DNA of 64,000 nt, from contig OZ059895.1 of assembly GCA_964057225.1 (NCBI GenBank), positions 20,522,001 through 20,586,000 on the forward strand, read 5' to 3'. Source of the DNA: Auanema rhodensis. Taxonomy: Eukaryota > Animalia > Nematoda. The position numbers and the translations under genes are program-made. Position 1 is the first letter of the stretch. Every line of letters begins with the position of its first letter. Below are positions 53,665 to 64,000 of this stretch, piece by piece. The notes beneath the pieces were generated by a model. That model saw nothing but the letters and a program-made list of their open reading frames with translations, made no database searches and had not been told where the DNA came from.

Positions 53665-56600
53665 ATTAGATTCCCCATGTCCATATTAGTCTAAAAACAA
53701 ATTTTTATTGATATTGGTGCATGGTAACCATGACTTTGAAATTTACGTGAACTTTAATTTATGCTAATTAAGTGTACACATGATGTGCGCTTGGTATGTA
53801 ACTCGCTTCACGTGAAAGATAAAGAGATGCGGTTTTCATAATTAGATTCCCCATTTCCATATTAGTCTAAAAACAAATTTTTAGTAATATTGGTGCATGG
53901 TAACCATGACTTTGAAATTTACGTGAACTTTAATTTATGCTAATTAAGTGTACACATGATGTGCACTTGGTATGTAACTCGCTTCACGTGAAAGATGAAG
54001 AGATGCGGTTTTCAAAATTAGATTCCCCATGTCCATATTAGTCTAAAAACAAATTTTTATTAATATTGGTGCATGGCAACCATGACTTTAAAATTTACGT
54101 GAACTTTAATTTATGCTAATTAAGTGTACACATGATGTGCACTTGGTATGTAACTCGTTTCACGTCAAAGATAAAGAGATGCGGTTTTCAAAATTGGATT
54201 CCCCATGTCCATATTAGTCTAAAAACAAATTTTTATTAATATTGGTGCATGGTAACTATGACTTTGAAATTTACGTGAACTTTAATTTATGCTAATTAAG
54301 TGTACACATGATGTGCACTTGGTATGTAACTCGCTTCACGTGAAAGATGAAGAGATGCGGTTTTCAAAATTAGATTCCCCATGTCCATATTAGTCTAAAA
54401 ACAAATTTTTATTAATATTGTTGCATGGCAACCATGACTTTAAAATTTACGTGAACTTTAATTTATGCTAATTAAGTGTACACATGATGTGCACTTGGTA
54501 TGTAACTCGCTTCACGTGAAAGATAAAGAGATGCGGTTTTCAAAATAGATTCCCCATTTCCATATTAGTCTAAAAACAAATTTTTATTGATATTGGTGCA
54601 TGGCAACCATGACTTTAAAATTTACGTGAACTTTAATTTATGCTAATTAAGTGTACACATGATGTGCACTTGGTATGGAACTCGCTTCACGTCAAAGATA
54701 AAGAGAAGAGGTTTTCAAAATAAGATTCCCCATGTCAATATTAGTCTAAAAACAAATTTTTATTAATATTGGTGCATGGTAACCATGACTTTGAAATTTA
54801 CGTGAACTTTAATTTATGCTAATTAAGTGTACACATGATGTGCGCTTGGTATGTAACTCGCTTCACGTGAAAGATAAAGAGATGCGGTTTTCATAATTAG
54901 ATTCCTCATTTCCATATTAGTCTAAAAACAAATTTTTATTAATATTGGTGCATGGTAACCATGACTTTGAAATTTACGTGAACTTTAATTTATGCTAATT
55001 AAGTGTACACATGATGTGCACTTGGTATGTAACTCGCTTCACGTGAAAGATGAAGAGATGCGGTTTTCAAAATTAGATTCCCCATGTCCATATTAGTCTA
55101 AAAACAAATTTTTATTAATATTGGTGCATGGTAACCATGACTTTGAAATTTACGTGAACTTTAATTTATGCTAATTAAGTGTACACATGATGTGCACTTG
55201 GTATGTAACTCGCTTCACGTGAAAGATAAAGAGATGCGGTTTTCCAAATTAGATTTCGCATGTCCATATTAGTCTAAAAACAAATTTTTATTGATATTGG
55301 TGCATGGTAACCATGACTTTGAAATTTACGTGAACTTTAATTTATGCTAATTAAGTGTACACATGATGTGCACTCGGTATGTAACTCGCTTCACGTGAAA
55401 GATGAAGAGATGCGGTTTTCAAAATTAGATTCCTCATGTCCATATTAGTCTAAAAACAAATTTTTATTAATATTGTTGCATGGCAACCATGACTTTAAAA
55501 TTTACGTGAACTTTAATTTATGCTAATTAAGTGTACACATGATGTGCACTTGGTATGTAACTCGCTTCACGTGAAAGATAAAGAGATGCGGTTTTCAAAA
55601 TAGATTCCCCATTTCCATATTAGTCTAAAAACAAATTTTTATTGATATTGGTGCATGGCAACCATGACTTTAAAATTTACGTGAACTTTAATTTATGCTA
55701 ATTAAGTGTACACATGATGTGCACTTGGTATGTAACTCGCTTCACGTGAAAGATGAAGAGATGCGGTTTTCAAAATTAGATTCCCCATGTCCATATTAGT
55801 CTAAAAACAAATTTTTATTGATATTGGTGCATGGTAACCATGACTTTGAAATTTACGTGAACTTTAATTTATGCTAATTAAGTGTACACATGATGTGCGC
55901 TTGGTATGTAACTCGCTTCACGTGAAAGATAAAGAGATGCGGTTTTCATAATTAGATTCCCCATTTCCATATTAGTCTAAAAACAAATTTTTAGTAATAT
56001 TGGTGCATGGTAACCATGACTTTGAAATTTACGTGAACTTTAATTTATGCTAATTAAGTGTACACATGATGTGCACTTGGTATGTAACTCGCTTCACGTG
56101 AAAGATGAAGAGATGCGGTTTTCAAAATTAGATTCCCCATGTCCATATTAGTCTAAAAACAAATTTTTATTAATATTGGTGCATGGCAACCATGACTTTA
56201 AAATTTACGTGAACTTTAATTTATGCTAATTAAGTGTACACATGATGTGCACTTGGTATGTAACTCGTTTCACGTCAAAGATAAAGAGATGCGGTTTTCA
56301 AAATTGGATTCCCCATGTCCATATTAGTCTAAAAACAAATTTTTATTAATATTGGTGCATGGTAACTATGACTTTGAAATTTACGTGAACTTTAATTTAT
56401 GCTAATTAAGTGTACACATGATGTGCACTTGGTATGTAACTCGCTTCACGTGAAAGATGAAGAGATGCGGTTTTCAAAATTAGATTCCCCATGTCCATAT
56501 TAGTCTAAAAACAAATTTTTATTAATATTGTTGCATGGCAACCATGACTTTAAAATTTACGTGAACTTTAATTTATGCTAATTAAGTGTACACATGATGT

Positions 56601-57578
56601 GCACTTGGTATGTAACTCGCTTCACGTGAAAGATAAAGAGATGCGGTTTTCAAAATAGATTCCCCATTTCCATATTAGTCTAAAAACAAATTTTTATTGA
56701 TATTGGTGCATGGCAACCATGACTTTAAAATTTACGTGAACTTTAATTTATGCTAATTAAGTGTACACATGATGTGCACTTGGTATGGAACTCGCTTCAC
56801 GTCAAAGATAAAGAGAAGAGGTTTTCAAAATAAGATTCCCCATGTCAATATTAGTCTAAAAACAAATTTTTATTAATATTGGTGCATGGTAACCATGACT
56901 TTGAAATTTACGTGAACTTTAATTTATGCTAATTAAGTGTACACATGATGTGCGCTTGGTATGTAACTCGCTTCACGTGAAAGATAAAGAGATGCGGTTT
57001 TCATAATTAGATTCCTCATTTCCATATTAGTCTAAAAACAAATTTTTATTAATATTGGTGCATGGTAACCATGACTTTGAAATTTACGTGAACTTTAATT
57101 TATGCTAATTAAGTGTACACATGATGTGCACTTGGTATGTAACTCGCTTCACGTGAAAGATGAAGAGATGCGGTTTTCAAAATTAGATTCCCCATGTCCA
57201 TATTAGTCTAAAAACAAATTTTTATTAATATTGGTGCATGGTAACCATGACTTTGAAATTTACGTGAACTTTAATTTATGCTAATTAAGTGTACACATGA
57301 TGTGCACTTGGTATGTAACTCGCTTCACGTGAAAGATAAAGAGATGCGGTTTTCCAAATTAGATTTCGCATGTCCATATTAGTCTAAAAACAAATTTTTA
57401 TTGATATTGGTGCATGGTAACCATGACTTTGAAATTTACGTGAACTTTAATTTATGCTAATTAAGTGTACACATGATGTGCACTCGGTATGTAACTCGCT
57501 TCACGTGAAAGATGAAGAGATGCGGTTTTCAAAATTAGATTCCTCATGTCCATATTAGTCTAAAAACAAATTTTTATT
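53665..57578. repeat. Near-tandem 12-monomer duplication (2110-bp period)
   Basis: TTAGTAAT 53881/55991, TATGGAA 54678/56788 and AAGAGAAGAG 54701/56811. Confidence 0.9.
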
Positions 57579-59469
57579 GATATTGGTGCATGGTAACCAT
57601 GACTTTGAAATTTACGTGAACTTTAATTTATGCTAATTAAGTGTACACATGATGTGCACTCGGTATGTAACTCGCTTCACGTGAAAGATGAAGAGATGCG
57701 GTTTTCAAAATTAGATTCCTCATGTCCATATTAGTCTAAAAACGAATTTTTATTGATATTGGTGCATGGTAACCATGACTTTGAAATTTACGTGAACTTT
57801 AATTTATGCTTATTAAGTGTACACGTGATGTGCACTTGGTATGTAACTCGCTTCACGTGAAATATAAAGGGATGCGGTTTTCAAAATTAGATTCCCCATG
57901 TCCATATTAGTCTAAAAACAAATTTTTATTAATATTGGTGCATGGTAACCATGACTTTAAAATTTACGTGAACTTTAATTTATGCTAATTAAGTGTACAC
58001 ATGATGTGGACTTGGTATGTAACTCGCTTCACGTCAAAGATAAAGAGATGCGGTTTTCAAAATTAGATTCCCCATGTCCATATTAGTCTAAAAACAAATT
58101 TTTATTGATATTGGTGCATGGTAACCATGACTTTGAAATTAACGTGAACTTTAATTTATGCTAATTAAGTGTACACATGATGTGCACTTGGTATGTAACT
58201 CGCTTCACGTCAAAGATAAAGAGATGCGGTTTTTAAAATTAGATTCCCCATGTCCATATTAGTCTAAAAACAAATTTTTATTAATATTGGTGCATGGTAA
58301 CCATGACTTTGAAATTTACGTGAACTTTAATTTATGCTAATTAAGTGTACACGTGATGTGCACTTGGTATGTAACTCGCTTCACGTGAAAGATAAAGAGA
58401 TGCGGTTTTCAAAATTAGATTCCCCATGTCCATATTAGTCTAAACACAAATTTTTATTGATATTGGTGCATGGTAACCATGACTTTGAAATTTACGTGAA
58501 CTTTAATTTATGCTAATTAAGTGTACACGTGATGTGCTCTTGGTATGTAACTCGCTTCACGTGAAAGATAAAGAGATGCGGTTTTCAAAATTAGATTCCC
58601 CATTTCCATATTAGTCAAAAAACAAATTTTTATTGATATTGGTGCATGGCAACCATGACTTTAAAATTTACGTGAACTTTAATTTATGCTAATTAAGTGT
58701 ACACATGATGTGCACTTGGTATGTAACTCGCTTCACGTCAAAGATAAAGAGATGCGGTTTTCAAAATTAGATTCCCCATGTCCATATTAGTCTAAAAACA
58801 AATTTTTATTAATATTGGTGCATGGTAACCATGACTTTGAAATTTACGTGAACTTTAATTTATGCTAATTAAGTGTACACATGATGTGCGCTTGGTATGT
58901 AACTCGCTTCACGTGAAAGATAAAGAGATGCGGTTTTCAAAATTAGATTCCCCATTTCCATATTAGTCTAAAAACAAATTTTTATTGATATTGGTGCATG
59001 GCAACCATGACTTTAAAATTTACGTGAACTTTAATTTATGCTAATTAAGTGTACACATGATGTGCACTTGGTATGTAACTCGTTTCACGTCAAAGATAAA
59101 GAGATGCGGTTTTCAAAATTGGATTCCCCATGTCCATATTAGTCTAAAAACAAATTTTTATTAATATTGATGCATGGTAACCATGACTTTGAAATTTACG
59201 TGAACTTTAATTTATGCTAATTAAGTGTACACATGATGTGCACTTGGTATGTAACTCGCTTCACGTGAAATATAAAGGGATGCGGTTTTCAAAATTAGAT
59301 TCCCCATGTCCATATTAGTCTAAACACAAATTTTTATTGATATTGGTGCATGGTAACCATGACTTTGAAATTTACGTGAACTTTAATTTATGCTAATTAA
59401 GTGTACACGTGATGTGCACTTGGTATGTAACTCGCTTCACGTGAAAGATAAAGAGATGCGGTTTTCAAA

Positions 59470-61575
59470 ATTAGATTCCCCATTTCCATATTAGTCAAAA
59501 AACAAATTTTTATTGATATTGGTGCATGGCAACCATGACTTTAAAATTTACGTGAACTTTAATTTATGCTAATTAAGTGTACACATGATGTGCACTTGGT
59601 ATGTAACTCGCTTCACGTCAAAGATAAAGAGATGCGGTTTTCAAAATTAGATTCCCCATGTCCATATTAGTCTAAAAACAAATTTTTATTAATATTGGTG
59701 CATGGTAACCATGACTTTGAAATTTACGTGAACTTTAATTTATGCTGATTAAGTGTACACATGATGTGCGCTTGGTATGTAACTCGCTTCACGTGAAAGA
59801 TAAAGAGATGCGGTTTTCAAAATTAGATTCCCCATTTCCATATTAGTCTAAAAACAAATTTTTATTGATATTGGTGCATGGCAACCATGACTTTAAAATT
59901 TACGTGAACTTTAATTTATGCTAATTAAGTGTACACATGATGTGCACTTGGTATGTAACTCGTTTCACGTCAAAGATAAAGAGATGCGGTTTTTAAAATT
60001 GGATTCCCCATGTCCATATTAGTCTAAAAACAAATTTTTATTAATATTGATGCATGGTAACCATGACTTTGAAATTTACGTGAACTTTAATTTATGCTAA
60101 TTAAGTGTACACATGATGTGCACTTGGTATGTAACTCGCTTCACGTCAAAGATAAAGAGATGCGGTTTTCAAAATTAGATTCCCCATGTCCATATTAGTC
60201 TAAAAACAAATTTTTATTGATATTGGTGCTTGGTAACCATGACTTTGAAATTTACGTGAACTTTAATTTATGCTAATTAAGTGTACACATGATGTGCGCT
60301 TGGTATGTAACTCGCTTCACGTCAAAGATAAAGAGATGCGGTTTTCAAAATTAGATTCCCCATGTCCATATTAGTCTAAAAACAAATTTTTATTGATATT
60401 GGTGCATGGTAACCATGACTTTGAAATTTACGTGAACTTTAATTTATGCTAATTAAGTGTACACATGATGTGCACTTGGTATGTAACTCGCTTCACGTCA
60501 AAGATAAAGAGATGCGGTTTTCAAAATTAGATTCCCCATTTCCATATTAGTCAAAAAACAAATTTTTATTGATATTGGTGCATGGCAACCATGACTTTAA
60601 AATTTACGTGAACTTTAATTTATGCTAATTAAGTGTACACATGATGTGCACTTGGTATGTAACTCGCTTCACGTCAAAGATAAAGAGATGCGGTTTTCAA
60701 AATTAGATTCCCCATGTCCATATTAGTCTAAAAACAAATTTTTATTAATATTGGTGCATGGTAACCATGACTTTGAAATTTACGTGAACTTTAATTTATG
60801 CTGATTAAGTGTACACATGAGGTGCGCTTGGTATGTAACTCGCTTCACGTGAAAGATAAAGAGATGCGGTTTTCAAAATTAGATTCCCCATTTCCATATT
60901 AGTCTAAAAACAAATTTTTATTGATATTGGTGCATGGCAACCATGACTTTAAAATTTACGTGAACTTTAATTTATGCTAATTAAGTGTACACATGATGTG
61001 CACTTGGTATGTAACTCGTTTCACGTCAAAGATAAAGAGATGCGGTTTTTAAAATTGGATTCCCCATGTCCATATTAGTCTAAAAACAAATTTTTATTAA
61101 TATTGATGCATGGTAACCATGACTTTGAAATTTACGTGAACTTTAATTTATGCTAATTAAGTGTACACATGATGTGCACTTGGTATGTAACTCGCTTCAC
61201 GTCAAAGATAAAGAGATGCGGTTTTCAAAATTAGATTCCCCATGTCCATATTAGTCTAAAAACAAATTTTTATTGATATTGGTGCTTGGTAACCATGACT
61301 TTGAAATTTACGTGAACTTTAATTTATGCTAATTAAGTGTACACATGATGTGCGCTTGGTATGTAACTCGCTTCACGTCAAAGATAAAGAGATGCGGTTT
61401 TCAAAATTAGATTCCCCATGTCCATATTAGTCTAAAAACAAATTTTTATTGATATTGGTGCATGGTAACCATGACTTTGAAATTTACGTGAACTTTAATT
61501 TATGCTAATTAAGTGTACACATGATGTGCACTTGGTATGTAACTCGCTTCACGTCAAAGATAAAGAGATGCGGTT
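59470..61575. repeat. Tandem 6-monomer duplication (1056-bp period)
   Basis: GCTGATT 59747/60803 and GGTGCTTGG 60230/61286; the only difference I found between copies is a G at 60821. Confidence 0.9.
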
Positions 61576-64000
61576 TCCAAAATTAGATTCCCCATGTCTA
61601 TATTAGTCTAAAAACATATTTTTATTAATACTGGTGCATGGTAACCATGACTTTGAAATTTACGTGAACTTTAATTTATGCTAATTAAGTGTACACGTGA
61701 TGTGCACTTGGTATGTAACTCGCTTCACGTGAAAGATAAAGAGATGCGGTTTTCAAAATTAGATTCCCCATGTCCATATTAGTCTAAACACAAATTTTTA
61801 TTGATATTGGTGCATGGTAACCATGACTTTGGAATTTACGTGAACTTTAATTTATGCTAATTAAGTGTACACGTGATGTGCACTTGGTATGTAACTCGCT
61901 TCACGTGAAAGATAAAGAGATGCGGTTTTCAAAATTAGATTCCCCATTTCCATATTAGTCTAAAAACAAATTTTTATTGATATTGGTGCATGGCAACCAT
62001 GACTTTAAAATTTACGTGAACTTTAATTTATGCTAATTAAGTGTACACATGATGTGCACTTGGTATGTAACTCGTTTCACGTCAAAGATAAAGAGATGCG
62101 GTTTTCAAAATTGGATTCCCCATGTCCATATTAGTCTAAAAACAAATTTTTATTAATATTGGTGCATGGTAACCATGACTTTGAAATTTACGTGAACTTT
62201 AATTTATGCTAATTAAGTGTACACATGATGTGCGCTTGGTATGTAACTCGCTTCACGTGAAAGATAAAGAGATGCGGTTTTCAAAATTAGATTCCCCATT
62301 TCCATATTAGTCTAAAAACAAATTTTTATTGATATTGGTGCATGGCAACCATGACTTTAAAATTTACGTGAACTTTAATTTATGCTAATTAAGTGTACAC
62401 ATGATGTGCACTTGGTATGTAACTCGTTTCACATCAAAGATAAAGAGATGCGGTTTTCAAAATTGGATTCCCCATGTCCATATTAGTCTTAAAACAAATT
62501 TTTATTAATATTGGTGCATGGTAACCATGACTTTGAAATTTACGTGAACTTTAATTTATGCTAATTAAGTGTACACATGATGTGCACTTGGTATGTAACT
62601 CGCTTCACGTGAAAGATGAAGAGATGCGGTTTTCAAAATTAGATTCCCCATATCCATATTAGTCTAAAAACAAATTTTCATTGATATTGGTGCATGGTAA
62701 CCATGACTTTGAAATTTACGTGAACTTTAATTTATGCTAATTAAATGTACACGTGATGTGCACTTGGTATGTAACTCGCTTCACGTCAAAGATAAAGAGA
62801 TGAGGTTTTCAAAATTAGATTCCCCATGTCCATATTAGTCTAAAAACAAATTTTTATTAATATTGGTGCATGGTAACCATGACTTTGAAATTTACGTGAA
62901 CTTTAATTTATGCTAATTAAGTGTACACATGATGTGCGCTTGGTATGTAACTCGCTTCACGTGAAAGATAAAGAGATGCGGTTTTCAAAATTAGATTCCC
63001 CATTTCCATATTAGTCTAAAAACAAATTTTTATTGATATTGGTGCATGGCAACCATGACTTTAAAATTTACGTGAACTTTAATTTATGCTAATTAAGTGT
63101 ACACATGATGTGCACTTGGTATGTAACTCGCTTCACGTGAAAGATAAAGAGATGCGGTTTTCAAAATAGATTCCCCATTTCCATATTAGTCTAAAAACAA
63201 ATTTTTATTGATATTGGTGCATGGCAACCATGACTTTAAAATTTACGTGAACTTTAATTTATGCTAATTAAGTGTACACATGATGTGCACTTGGTATGGA
63301 ACTCGCTTCACGTCAAAGATAAAGAGAAGAGGTTTTCAAAATAAGATTCCCCATGTCAATATTAGTCTAAAAACAAATTTTTATTAATATTGGTGCATGG
63401 TAACCATGACTTTGAAATTTACGTGAACTTTAATTTATGCTAATTAAGTGTACACATGATGTGCGCTTGGTATGTAACTCGCTTCACGTGAAAGATAAAG
63501 AGATGCGGTTTTCATAATTAGATTCCTCATTTCCATATTAGTCTAAAAACAAATTTTTATTAATATTGGTGCATGGTAACCATGACTTTGAAATTTACGT
63601 GAACTTTAATTTATGCTAATTAAGTGTACACATGATGTGCACTTGGTATGTAACTCGCTTCACGTGAAAGATGAAGAGATGCGGTTTTCAAAATTAGATT
63701 CCCCATGTCCATATTAGTCTAAAAACAAATTTTTATTAATATTGGTGCATGGTAACCATGACTTTGAAATTTACGTGAACTTTAATTTATGCTAATTAAG
63801 TGTACACATGATGTGCACTTGGTATGTAACTCGCTTCACGTGAAAGATAAAGAGATGCGGTTTTCCAAATTAGATTTCGCATGTCCATATTAGTCTAAAA
63901 ACAAATTTTTATTGATATTGGTGCATGGTAACCATGACTTTGAAATTTACGTGAACTTTAATTTATGCTAATTAAGTGTACACATGATGTGCACTCGGTA

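Larger units (their letters stand above)
1..64000. repeat. Tandem satellite DNA array, 176-bp monomer, ~363.75 copies, single orientation (candidate centromeric/pericentromeric satellite)
   Basis: ATTAGATTCC recurs at 1, 177, 353, 529, 705, 881 and onward; the last monomer starts at 63869. 363 x 176 = 63888, and the 20-bp shortfall matches my count of 26 one-base deletions and 6 one-base insertions. No non-satellite sequence seen. The centromeric role is inference only. Confidence 0.99.
46366..64000. repeat. Satellite subfamily domain B' (second, expanded copy of domain B)
   Basis: Same rare markers as 9.7-20 kb in largely the same order: ATGATAACC 46508, GTCACAG ~46955, GAGAAGAGG/GTCAATAT ~50305, GTGCTCT ~58538, GCTGATT ~59747. 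Confidence 0.85.

Noticed and set aside
1-64000. CRISPR array or other repeat-spacer system
   Set aside because: No unique spacers; the entire 176 bp is repeated, and there are no cas or other genes or leader sequence.
1-64000. Protein-coding repeat ORF on either strand
   Set aside because: Plus-strand stops TAG (3), TAG (23) and TAA (28) cover all three frames, and minus-strand stops from TTA (2), TTA (22) and CTA (27) cover the other three, in essentially every monomer.
1-64000. Single fixed-period higher-order repeat
   Set aside because: Observed offsets vary (3, 4, 6, 7, 8, 9, 10, 12, 13, 16, 22, 34, 37, 39, 53 monomers) and none is maintained for more than two or three copies.
1-64000. 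Transposon insertion, strand inversion or telomeric repeat
   Set aside because: Monomer register and orientation are continuous from 1 to 64000, and the length accounting leaves no room for inserted sequence.
1-64000. Variant pattern as an information-encoding or programmed diversification system
   Set aside because: The variants are explained by inheritance through nested block duplication. There is no template/variable-region pair, recombinase or reverse transcriptase in the window.

Overview
The whole 64-kb window is one uninterrupted, head-to-tail, single-orientation tandem satellite array. The monomer is 176 bp, AT-rich (about 32% GC) and present as about 363 complete copies plus a 132-bp partial copy at the end. 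Consensus: ATTAGATTCCCCATGTCCATATTAGTCTAAAAACAAATTTTTATT(A/G)ATATTGGTGCATGG(T/C)AACCATGACTTT(G/A)AAATTTACGTGAACTTTAATTTATGCTAATTAAGTGTACAC(A/G)TGATGTGC(A/G)CTTGGTATGTAACTCGCTTCACGT(C/G)AAAGATAAAGAGATGCGGTTTTCAAA. Monomers differ by only a few substitutions or a 1-bp indel. I found no genes, RNA genes, transposons, inversions or CRISPR spacers, and all six reading frames are closed within the first 30 bp of the consensus monomer. Nucleosome-scale unit length, AT richness, high homogeneity and dense dyad symmetry are typical of a eukaryotic centromeric or pericentromeric satellite; I cannot name the family or organism. The information lies in the variant pattern. Diagnostic SNPs and indels define subfamily domains (A ~1-9.7 kb, B ~9.7-20.0 kb, C ~20.0-45.9 kb, a short A-like stretch, then B' ~46.4-64 kb), a roughly 35-42-kb macro-repeat, and many nested in-register block duplications with offsets of 3 to 53 monomers. 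There is no fixed higher-order period. I see no support for a new gene-based system. All offsets were read by eye from marker positions and should be confirmed computationally.
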